Of a stretch of 34,684 nucleotides of DNA, positions 1 through 9,300 are shown one piece after another; position 1 is the first letter of the stretch, and every line of letters begins with the position of its first letter. The position numbers and the translations under genes were made by a program. The notes beneath the pieces were generated by a model, which searched no databases, was not told where the DNA came from, and worked only from the letters and a program-made list of their open reading frames with translations. Source of the DNA: an uncultured Bacteroidales bacterium. Its GTDB lineage: Bacteria > Bacteroidota > Bacteroidia > Bacteroidales > CAYFUP01. The DNA lies in assembly GCA_964496465.1 (NCBI GenBank), contig CAZBZX010000004.1, positions 1-34,684 on the forward strand. The letters run 5' to 3'.

Positions 1-3000
1 AAGTTCTTAATTCAGAAACGGTATATTTTCTGTCTCGATCAAGATCAGCCCTACGAGTATTTATGCCTTCAAGAAAACATGAAGTAAATAATCCATTAGA
101 AGAGTTTACTCCTTCTAATGCAAATTCAGCACCTCCTGCAGCAGAAATTACTGTAGCACCTGTACCTTTTCGTAAGTCACCGAACAATGATTTAGATAAT
201 TCTAATGTATTTTTTAAACCAAATCCGTCTTCTTTATATTGAACAGCTTCCCCAGCTGAACGAAATACAACTGAATTTGATTTCACAACATCTGCTTTAG
301 CTTTTTCTACATCATCTTTATCAAGCTCGCCGGAGTGACATGTATCCATAAATATTAATTTTTTACGACATTTTAAACCGTCAATCAATTTTTCTAATTC
401 CATATATGCTAAACCTCCATCTGAAGGATTACTAAAATTCATATTGTGTGTTGCAAAATAGTAGTTATAATGATTATCGAGTAAACCATGACCAGCAATG
501 AATATCATTACAACATCATCAACCGAAGCACCTTCTAAAAACGATCGTAAGTTATTGATATTTAATTTTGTTGCGTCCTGATTAATCAATAATTTTGAAT
601 AAACATTTTCGAATTGTTGGGATGTTTCCATTAATGAAATAATATCATGAGCATCTTTTGCAGCAAAAGCGAGGTTGTATTTGCTTTCTTCATATTCTGA
701 AACTCCAATTGCAACTATATATAAACTTGGTTTGTAATATGGAGCATTATAATTGATCTCAAAAACTTTTGGAATTGATTCCATCCCTTTTTCATTAATT
801 ATAGTAGCTTTTATTTCATTTATTCCGGAAGATAATTCCAAATCGATTGATTTATTTATAGAATTTGTGTTTTCAGAAGTAAGATCAATACCCTGGCTTC
901 CATAAACAGGTATATCATTTACATAAATATGTAATTTTTTTAGTTTATACTGGTTGTCACTTGCCTGAAGTGTAAATTGAAAATTCTTTTCAGTTGTAGC
1001 AAGTGGTAATTTTTCGTAATTGATCTTTAACTCAGGTAAATGAATATCACCGGATAAATCTGATTCAGTAAAACCTAATAGTTTTAAGCGCTTTTCATAA
1101 GCAGCTTTAAGTGAAATCACTAATCGTTTCGAAGCATAACCTAAACGCTCAGAAATAATATCTGGTCTGTTGTACCTTAATTCCATTTGTTCAAAAGTCA
1201 ATACATTATCTCCTTGTCTAAAGGCGAGTGCTTTTGACGCCCCTTTTGATGATGTATAATAAAAATCGGGAGTGTAGGTTATGTAATCAAAATGACCAAT
1301 CTGGGCCATACTAATTTTTTTCTCTTTTGTAGTTAATTCATATAGAATTATTTCACCAACATCATTAGTAGTGATTAATAATTTACCATCATTGGTAAAT
1401 GCGGCATCTGTAATAATCCCTTTTTGATTATCGGTAAAATAATCACTTCCACTTGATTTAATATTCAATTTGCTTTTATCGAATGAACATTTATATTTTG
1501 AATCAGAGAATTTATCTTCAAGTTGTGTATAATCTTCTTTTAGCTTTTTCTTTATTTTACCTTCAGCAATTGACCACTTCTTAACTTCAGAATTGTCGCA
1601 GGCCGTTAAAACATATTCAGGATCTTCATCAAATTTTGTCCATATTATGTTGTCTTTATCTTCCATGAAGGTTTTAACAATGGTTCCTCTTTCAAAGTGC
1701 CAGTATTTTACAAACCTGGTATTAACGGCTGATGTTAACATGTATCTTCCATCAGCAGAAATATCAATATGATTCACATCAGATGATCGCTCAAATGTTC
1801 TGATTAATTGTCCGGTTGATAAATCCCATAAAGTCATATTCTGATCAATAGAACCAATTAGCATGTAATTGCCATCAGGTGTTACATCAACGGCTAAAAC
1901 AGGACTTACATAACCTTCAAGACTTCTGATCAAACGTCCTGATTGGATATCCCAAAGCTTAATACTTTTATCTTCACCGGATGAAGCTACTGTTCTATAA
2001 TCAGGAGAAAGGGCGATGGAATTTAGCCAGGCGACATCGCCGGAAAATTCTTTAAGAATTGGTGGTGTGTATGTTATAGCTTCTTTCGTTTTTTCCGGGA
2101 ATTCAGCAGTAGTCATATCATATATATTGATTGACTGCTTCATGTTTGCAATGATTTTTGTCTGGTCTTCGTTAAACATTGCCATGGTATTGGTATAATC
2201 AGATTGCCATTTTTTTGGACGATTCACGTCTACAAATTCAGTTCTGTCATCATTTAATTCAACAATAGATATAATTGTTCCTCCTGTCTTATCTTCTTCA
2301 CCTTTAGCAGCTGTTAAGTGTATATAAAGATTCATGCATACCAAAGCTGATTTTCCATCTTTCATGAATTCAATATTATTGTATTTCATCGTGTATAAAT
2401 CAAGCATGTCTTTCCCGACATTCCCTTTTGCCAGGCTTGCGGCTACTGAAAGTCCAGACGTAATAGCAAGGGTGGCAACTTTAGCAGCTCCGGCACCTTT
2501 CACATGCTTCAGAGCGTCATCAATAATTACTCCTTTTTCCATGTCTATTAGTAAGAATTCTGTATCATTGGTTCTTTGTCCACCAGACATCATCAGCTTT
2601 CCATCCGGGGATATCCCAAATGATATAATTTCACCTGTGAAACCTTCTATAGTTTGCTTTAATTCAGCACTGTTTATATCCCATACTTTTATGAGCATGT
2701 CAGCACTGCCTGATACAAAACTTGAGTAATCGGGTGTAAGCTTTATTATATTAACTGCTCCTGAATGAGCAGATATTTCTTTTAATATTTTATTATTTTG
2801 AAGATCCCAAATTATTATTTTCCCATTCATATCTCCTGAGAATAGTTTATTTCCATCAGGAGTAATTTCCAGGCAATTTACTCCAGACTCATGTCCATAA
2901 TATGTAACAACATCAATACCATTGTTTACATCCCATTTTTTAATTAACTTATCTGCACCTGCTGTATAAATGTATTTTCCATTGGGTGAGTATTTTACCA

Positions 3001-3112
3001 TTTTTATTTCATCGCGATGGCCTTGCCTGATTATTAATTCTTTATCCTGGCTTTTTACTTGAATAGTAAATATATATATAAATGCAAAAATATAATATGC
3101 TATTCGTCTCAT
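1..3112 (-). CDS. Exported WD40-repeat / caspase-like (peptidase C14) multidomain protein; the C-terminus runs off the window start
   Basis: Uninterrupted minus-strand reading frame from ATG (3112..3110) to the window edge (1037 codons); not in the ORF track because no stop lies within the window. N-terminus MRRIAYYIFAFIYIFTIQVKS|QDKE looks like a signal peptide. Many WD40-like units (e.g. GHRDEIKMVKYSPNGKYIYTAGADKLIKKWDV, HSGAVNIIKLTPDYSSFVSGSADMLIKVWDI, SIALSPDYRTVASSGEDKSIKLWDI). C-terminal caspase p20-like region: YIVAIGVSEYEE..., FIAGHG (His codon 488..490), FMDTCHSGE (Cys codon 338..340). Confidence 0.85.
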   Translation of the reverse strand, partial: MRRIAYYIFAFIYIFTIQVKSQDKELIIRQGHRDEIKMVKYSPNGKYIYTAGADKLIKKWDVNNGIDVVTYYGHESGVNCLEITPDGNKLFSGDMNGKIIIWDLQNNKILKEISAHSGAVNIIKLTPDYSSFVSGSADMLIKVWDINSAELKQTIEGFTGEIISFGISPDGKLMMSGGQRTNDTEFLLIDMEKGVIIDDALKHVKGAGAAKVATLAITSGLSVAASLAKGNVGKDMLDLYTMKYNNIEFMKDGKSALVCMNLYIHLTAAKGEEDKTGGTIISIVELNDDRTEFVDVNRPKKWQSDYTNTMAMFNEDQTKIIANMKQSINIYDMTTAEFPEKTKEAITYTPPILKEFSGDVAWLNSIALSPDYRTVASSGEDKSIKLWDIQSGRLIRSLEGYVSPVLAVDVTPDGNYMLIGSIDQNMTLWDLSTGQLIRTFERSSDVNHIDISADGRYMLTSAVNTRFVKYWHFERGTIVKTFMEDKDNIIWTKFDEDPEYVLTACDNSEVKKWSIAEGKIKKKLKEDYTQLEDKFSDSKYKCSFDKSKLNIKSSGSDYFTDNQKGIITDAAFTNDGKLLITTNDVGEIILYELTTKEKKISMAQIGHFDYITYTPDFYYTSSKGASKALAFRQGDNVLTFEQMELRYNRPDIISERLGYASKRLVISLKAAYEKRLKLLGFTESDLSGDIHLPELKINYEKLPLATTEKNFQFTLQASDNQYKLKKLHIYVNDIPVYGSQGIDLTSENTNSINKSIDLELSSGINEIKATIINEKGMESIPKVFEINYNAPYYKPSLYIVAIGVSEYEESKYNLAFAAKDAHDIISLMETSQQFENVYSKLLINQDATKLNINNLRSFLEGASVDDVVMIFIAGHGLLDNHYNYYFATHNMNFSNPSDGGLAYMELEKLIDGLKCRKKLIFMDTCHSGELDKDDVEKAKADVVKSNSVVFRSAGEAVQYKEDGFGLKNTLELSKSLFGDLRKGTGATVISAAGGAEFALEGVNSSNGLFTSCFLEGINTRRADLDRDRKYTVSELRT

Positions 3113-3158
3113 GAGTGGAAATTATTTAGGGTTATTAATTTGAGAATGTTTGTAAATG

Positions 3159-3188
3159 AGGAAAGGCTTCCAATTGAAAGCCTTTCCT
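3159..3188 (-). terminator. Stem-loop (11-bp perfect stem, 8-nt loop) between the PQQ-like gene stop and the WD40-caspase start; possible terminator or attenuator
   Basis: AGGAAAGGCTT (3159..3169) pairs with AAGCCTTTCCT (3178..3188). It starts about 18 nt after the 3207 stop on the minus strand. No clear U-tract follows, so function is uncertain. Confidence 0.4.
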
Positions 3189-3206
3189 TAAGTAATTCGA
3201 TAATAT

Positions 3207-5099
3207 TTAAAAAGTATAACTAATAATTTGTTTTTTATCGGCTTTATAGAATATTTGACCAGAAATTGGATCGAAGTCATATATAGGTTCTTTGTCACCA
3301 AGAATCATGGTAGCTAGTTCTTCCCCAGTTTTACGATCAACTTTTACAAGGCCTGCACCTTTCTTTTGTCCGCCTTCACCAATTACAGCAAGCACAACCT
3401 GGATATCTCCTCTTGATTTTGTGGCTGTAAATTTTTGACTTGCTGCAGCCCCGGCTTCATCAGCTCCTTCTGATAAGTATTTGGCTTGTTGCTCAAAATA
3501 TCTTTTGTCTGATGACCAGCCAGATTGCGCTGCAGCAGCCTGATTTGCACCTGCAGCTGCTGCCATAGCAACTTGTAACGTACGTAAAGCAATTTTTGCG
3601 GCCATGCTCATTTCAGGAATATCCCAATACTTGTGCCAGCGAACGCTTCCATCTTTTTCAAGCATCATCAAATTGTTTGCAGCACTTAACAAGTACCCCC
3701 CTTCAACTAATTCGATTTGAGTTGGCACTTCATCCTCTTTAAATTCTTTATCAATCTTATCTTTAAGAACTTTATATACGCCTTCAACCAGATCAACCTC
3801 ATATAATGTTCCCTCTGCATACATTAATTCTTTCGACAATTCTGGTTTATAACGAACTTCAGGTACAGGTAACATACCTTTTTTATCCCATACTTTTTCT
3901 CCATCGTAGGTAATAATACCTAAACGGCCTTTAATGTCTGAATAAACTATCCCTTTTGCAGCAATTTGGTCAATTTCTATACCTTTTACTTTTTCGTCCC
4001 ATTTAACTTCACCCGTGGCAGGATCAAGCATTAATAACCTCGTTCCACGTGCTGCGACTGCATATCCTTTTCCTAAATCGATAACAGTACCTGTGGCTTT
4101 TTTAGCTTTCCATTTTTCGGCACCGGTTTGCATATCGATAAGGGTAAGAAACTTCTCATCAATTAAAATAACACCAGAATTCATGGCGCTCATTGTTGGT
4201 ACAACTTTTAGTTTCATTTCGTTGCTCCATATTACTTTACCAGAGTTAAGATCTAAAGCTGTTAGTTGTCCGGTATTTTTTTTCTTTTCGAAGAAGTATC
4301 CGGCTGAGAGGTCAAGGTTTACATCAAAGCTTTCAAAAGCCTGTTTTTTATCACTTGTGTTAAATTCCCATATTATTGATCCGTCTTTTCCACTTAATTT
4401 GGCAATTTTTTTTGTACCAGCTAAAATCAGATTACCATTAGCATCAATATATGGATATGCATCAATAGCAACTGCATTTGATTCCCAACGAACTTCCCCA
4501 CTTGGAAGATCAATAAGCTTTGTAAGAGCTTTATCAGGATCTTGTTTATTCGTATAATCTACCCAGTTACCTGAAATTATAGCAGCTTTTATTTGCGGAA
4601 TATAAGAAGTCCCATTGTAATTAAAAGTAGCCATTTGCTTGCCCATAAATTTTGTAACAGGCATATTTGCTTTTTCAGGGCTTGTGATTACATCGCCGGT
4701 TCGCATATTAAAAACGGTATAGTTTTTAAAACCAGTCATCAGATCATTATACTTTATCTCTATAAGGTCGGATATTTCAGGAACTTCATCATCAGATAAT
4801 ACATTAACATACTGATCGAATAATGCACTTTGTTCTTGTTTTTTACCATCAGGACCTTTAATGCCTTTGGCACCTTTCATAACATCATTTTCCCATAGAA
4901 TTTTTCCGTCACGCGTGTCAATACCTTTTAACACCATATCGGATGTGCCTATAAGTAAAATACCGACATCTGTAATTTTTGTCCATGCAACTTCTTTATC
5001 AAAATTAACTTGCCATAAGGCTTCTTGTTCCTGGGAAATGCCAAATTGTAAAGTTCCCAGTAAGATACATGAGAGAAACACATTTTTTATCATTTTCAT
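3207..5099 (-). CDS. Exported PQQ-like (BamB-type) beta-propeller repeat protein
   Basis: Signal peptide MKMIKNVFLSCILLGTLQFGIS|QEQ. Recurrent 'D..(T/S)G..(I/V/K)W' blade motifs: DGKILWEN, SGEVRWES, DGSIIWEF, SGKVIWSN, TGAEKWKA, TGEVKWDE, DGEKVWDK, DGSVRWHK. Ala-rich insert near the C-terminus. Confidence 0.8.
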   Translation of the reverse strand: MKMIKNVFLSCILLGTLQFGISQEQEALWQVNFDKEVAWTKITDVGILLIGTSDMVLKGIDTRDGKILWENDVMKGAKGIKGPDGKKQEQSALFDQYVNVLSDDEVPEISDLIEIKYNDLMTGFKNYTVFNMRTGDVITSPEKANMPVTKFMGKQMATFNYNGTSYIPQIKAAIISGNWVDYTNKQDPDKALTKLIDLPSGEVRWESNAVAIDAYPYIDANGNLILAGTKKIAKLSGKDGSIIWEFNTSDKKQAFESFDVNLDLSAGYFFEKKKNTGQLTALDLNSGKVIWSNEMKLKVVPTMSAMNSGVILIDEKFLTLIDMQTGAEKWKAKKATGTVIDLGKGYAVAARGTRLLMLDPATGEVKWDEKVKGIEIDQIAAKGIVYSDIKGRLGIITYDGEKVWDKKGMLPVPEVRYKPELSKELMYAEGTLYEVDLVEGVYKVLKDKIDKEFKEDEVPTQIELVEGGYLLSAANNLMMLEKDGSVRWHKYWDIPEMSMAAKIALRTLQVAMAAAAGANQAAAAQSGWSSDKRYFEQQAKYLSEGADEAGAAASQKFTATKSRGDIQVVLAVIGEGGQKKGAGLVKVDRKTGEELATMILGDKEPIYDFDPISGQIFYKADKKQIISYTF

Positions 5100-5407
5100 A
5101 ATTAAAAATTTTAGGTTAATTAATTTAGTAAATATTTCATTTGTTAATTGTAATCTATCATATGATTAATTACCATTGAAATTAATCAATTTATTTATAC
5201 TATAAAAGATTGAAAACATGAATTTAAATAAATATCCTAAAATAAACAATAAATTAATTATTCAAAAGAAGTTAAACTTTTAACAACGTGTATAATAATT
5301 ATTTTTTGATTAAAGTTATTTTTCTAGTGAGATTTGAGTCTTTTTTGTAGATGAATTTATGAAAATAATTGAAGAATGGGATATATATTCGTATTAACAT
5401 GCTTAAG

Positions 5408-5434
5408 AATACTTAATAATACTTAATAATACTT
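5408..5434. repeat. About 2.7 copies of a 10-bp direct tandem repeat (AATACTTAAT) in a divergent intergenic region
   Basis: Read directly: aatacttaat aatacttaat aatactt, about 90 bp upstream of the ATG at 5524. Confidence 0.7.
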
Positions 5435-5523
5435 GTTAGGCATAACATAATTAGATGATTTTTTGAATTTTGTGTAAACTATATGTATTTTTAGTACTAA
5501 ATATTAATTCAAAAATACCAGCT

Positions 5524-6303
5524 ATGAAAAGAATTCTCTTATTTAACATGATAGTAATATCAATCGCAATTTTATCTGCTTATTCTCAAAATAATAAATA
5601 TTATGTGATAAAAGTGCAGGGAGAAATATTAAAAGCAGTAGATAACCAACCATTAAAATCAGGCATTACTGTTCAGGAAAATGATGATTTTATATTTAAA
5701 TCAGAATTATCCAGGGCAGCTGTTTTAAATCCAGAAAAAGGACAATTTGTATTGACTCCGCCTGATAAAAATGCAGTAAGTGGAAAAGCTCATTTCATGC
5801 CACCTATTCAGAATATTTCATCACGAGCTGGGGGTACACTTTTAAATATTGTTGATTTCCAGAACCATTTTAAAGACAATTTTCTAATCATTGAAGAAGT
5901 AAAGGTTTGTATTGATCCGAATAATTTCTCAACCGACGACAATAATTTTTTCTTTATAAATTATGATTATAATGGCGAGGCGATTAATAAAAAACTAATG
6001 TCGAATAACGATACTTTAATAATCTCAAAAAAGGATATTTTTACAATTGATGGACAATCCAGAAAAAATCCTGAGAATATAATCTTTAGATTGTTTTATA
6101 TGAAAGGTGAGGAAGCTAATTTGATGAGTGAATTTATGGCCATATTACCGGATGAAGAAAAACTTGCTGAAGAATTATTGAATATTAAACAAGTATTAAA
6201 TAACGAGGATGAATTTAAAAAACAGGCATTTAGTTTTGTAAATGAATTTTATGGACATCCACAAGGAGAAGATTTAGCTGAATTTATAAAAAGAATTAAA
6301 TAA
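5524..6303 (+). CDS. Secreted hypothetical protein (259 aa from ATG 5524)
   Basis: The track ORF 5470..6303 begins at a TTG. The in-frame ATG at 5524 gives a clean signal peptide, MKRILLFNMIVISIAILSAYS|QNN. The N-terminal segment YYVIKVQGEILKAVDNQPLKSGITVQENDDFIFKSELSRAAVLNPEKGQFVL weakly resembles a FecR-type beta-sandwich pattern (by eye only). It lies 30 bp upstream of the next gene on the same strand. Confidence 0.7.
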   Translation: MKRILLFNMIVISIAILSAYSQNNKYYVIKVQGEILKAVDNQPLKSGITVQENDDFIFKSELSRAAVLNPEKGQFVLTPPDKNAVSGKAHFMPPIQNISSRAGGTLLNIVDFQNHFKDNFLIIEEVKVCIDPNNFSTDDNNFFFINYDYNGEAINKKLMSNNDTLIISKKDIFTIDGQSRKNPENIIFRLFYMKGEEANLMSEFMAILPDEEKLAEELLNIKQVLNNEDEFKKQAFSFVNEFYGHPQGEDLAEFIKRIK

Positions 6304-6333
6304 GATTTCTAATTCCAAATAAACTTCTGTTGT

Positions 6334-9300
6334 ATGAGACAATCCATTCTGCTTCTATTCTTATTTAATTTTTTTACATCAATATGCCAATATAATTATT
6401 ACAAAGTAATAGATTACACCCCCGAAAATTATGGTCTTAAAATTGAAAGCCAGGTTTTATGCATTACACAAGGCTTAAATGGAAATATTTATAGTGGGAC
6501 AGGCGGTGGTATGCTGGAATTTAATGGATCGAACTGGAACTATTACCCGGTGAAAGAAGATACCTGGGTTACAGCTATTTTTATCGATTCGAATAAGATT
6601 TATATCGGCGGAAATACTGAATTTGGGTTTTTAATTAATAATAGTTTAGGTGTATATAACTATTATTCACTTTCTGATTCGTTATCAAAAGAAAATACCC
6701 CGACATCACCTATAAGGAATATTTTAAAATTACAGAATGGGCAAATACTATTTCAAGCTGAGAATTTACTTTATTTATATAATAATACAGATTTACAGCG
6801 TATTATAAAACCGGAAACATCATTCCACAAGGTGTTTTATGTTGATAATAAACTTATTATAAGGCAGCGGGATATTGGTTTAATGGAATACTCAGACACA
6901 TGCTTTAAATTAATTGAAAAAGGAGATTATTTTAAGAATGTTGGAATTTTTGCAGTTATTCCTAATTTATCAAATGACATACTCTATATTGTAACCAACC
7001 AAGACGGTATTTACTCAATTGATAATGAGTTAAAAAATTTAAAACTTTTTAATAATAATAAATTAATTACGACGAGTTCTATTTATGGGGGGCAATTATT
7101 ATCTGATAATTCTTTAATGCTTTTTTCAAATCAGAATGGACTTTTAAATTTAAATCCAAGAACAAGTGAAATAAATTTAATCAATGAAAAAGCTGGTTTA
7201 ACAAATAATGAAATAAACATGATAACCGAAGATTGTTATGGCAATATTTGGTGTGCAGGAAATTACGGTATAAGTAAAATAAGATACAATTTATTGTATA
7301 GTATTTATTCAAAAGAAAATGGAATAAATGGAAAGATTGGAAAAATATTTTCATATAATAATCAAGATTTTATAGCTACTTCAATGGGTTTGTTTGCTTT
7401 TAATAAAAAAGAAAATTCGTTTAATCTTTATCAGAATATTAGCAATCAAATTTGGGATATAACAGCATATAAAAACCGGTTTTTTATTGCAACTGATGAA
7501 GGAATAACTGAATTAAGTGGTAGAAATAAAATATCATATATCAATCATTATATAAGGTCTTTTGGTCAATCAGGTGATAATCATCATTTTCTTGCTGTTG
7601 GAAATAATGAAATATATTATTGGAAAAATAATAGGTGGAGTAAATTGGATCTTCCAATTAGAGGGGATCTCGTTAATATCATTTTTATAAATAATAAAGA
7701 TGGCTGGAATAATTTTTATATAGGCAGTTTTAAAAACGGTTTATATAAATTGTCAATGAATATTAATGATGAAGTAAAAATTGAGAATTTCACAATTAAT
7801 GATGGGTTACCTGGAGGATGGATAGTCCCGTATTCATTGGATTCTTCAATAGTTATAGCTTCTCAGAGTGGATTGTTCAGGTATGTATCACCAGAAGAAT
7901 TAAGCGCCCAGCTTCCTGACAGTCTGAAACAGCTTAATATTGAATTGAGCGGTTATTTTGAACTCGCAAATGTATATGGATATTTTATACAAGAATCTGT
8001 TACTGCGTTTCAGGATAAAGTGGATAAAGTATGGATATCAAATGGGTATAATATATTTTATATTGATAAAAAAACTGGAGAAAAAATTAGCAATCCATTT
8101 AAAGAAATAAAGATGGGTAAGCTAAGTACTATTTTCTGCCCCAATAATAAAAGTTGCCTGATTGGTTCTGATTATGGTTTAATTGCTATTGACCTGTCAA
8201 AAAAAATATTTGGGGATTATAAATATTCAACAAAAATTAACAGGGTTTATTCAATTAACGATTCATTAAACATCTCACCAGATAAATCAATTATTCTTCC
8301 ATATAATAATAATTCACTCGAATTTCAATTTTCGGCACCATATTATAATGCTGAAAAGGATTTACAATATTCCTATAAACTTGAAGGACATAATGATAAT
8401 TGGTCTAGCTGGAGTACAAATAATAGGGTGGATTTTTTAAAACTGAAGGAGGGTGATTATAATTTCTATGTAAAAGCACAAAATGTCTATAATAAGATTA
8501 GTTTATCAGATAGCATTAATTTTAGTATCAATCCTCCATGGTTCAGAAGCATAATTGCATATATTGTTTATTGTGTTTTGGTAATTCTATTTATTTACCT
8601 TCTTATTCAATTAAATGTTAGACGGCTAAAGATCAAAAACCAAAAACTGGAAAATATAATTACTGAAAGGACAAAAGAAATAAGGGAACAAAGAGATGAG
8701 ATAAAAAAACAAAAACAGGAAATAACCGACAGCATTCATTATGCCCAACGGATTCAATCTGCTGTATTGCCCTCAGCATCTATTCTTGATGATATAGTAA
8801 GTGATCATTTTATACTATATTTACCTCGAGATATTGTGAGTGGGGATTTCTACTGGATTGGAAGAGTAAATAATAAACTTGTAATTTTAGCTGCCGATTG
8901 CACTGGGCATGGAGTGCCAGGAGCTTTTATGAGTATGCTGGGCGTGGCATTTCTTAATGAAATAGTGAATAAGAAAAAAATATTTCTACCCAATAAAATT
9001 TTAGATAACTTGCGAGACCAGGTTATAGAAGCACTTAAACAGGAGGGAAAGGTTGATGAAGCAAAAGATGGAATGGATATGGCTATTATAACTATTGATC
9101 TGGATAATAATAAGCTATATTATGCAGGGGCCAATAATCCATTATTTTTAATTCAAAATGGCGAAATGTTACAAATAAAAGCAGATAAAATGCCGGTTGC
9201 AATTTATCATAAATTAGAGCCTTTTAAATTACATGAATTTGAACTTACCAGAAATAATATGTTATATATATTTTCTGATGGATACCAGGATCAATTTGGT

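Noticed and set aside
4015-4557. A 180-aa plus-strand ORF, and similar long ORFs at 2334..2729 (+), 12585..12944 (+), 28422..28748 (+) and 31429..31914 (-), as possible overlapping or antisense genes.
   Set aside because: Each lies entirely antisense to a gene with strong motif support (PQQ propeller, WD40-caspase, rnfC, guaB, DUF5063). Their translations are Ser/Ile/Phe/Pro-rich with no recognisable motifs, signal peptides or start context. This is typical of shadow ORFs in the complementary frame.
1-5099. The caspase-like gene as part of a known antiphage or cell-death system (gasdermin-protease pair, STAND/NLR-like, or CHAT-associated CRISPR/CBASS module).
   Set aside because: There is no gasdermin-sized neighbour, NTPase/STAND domain, cyclase, cas gene or TIR/effector gene nearby. 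The neighbour is a 630-aa PQQ-type propeller. The protease carries a signal peptide, which is inconsistent with those cytoplasmic systems.
5470-5523. The TTG-initiated 18-codon N-terminal extension of the 277-aa track ORF.
   Set aside because: The extension (MCKLYVFLVLNINSKIPA) precedes an in-frame ATG that yields a canonical signal peptide (MKRILLF...AYS|Q). The extension would bury that signal peptide.
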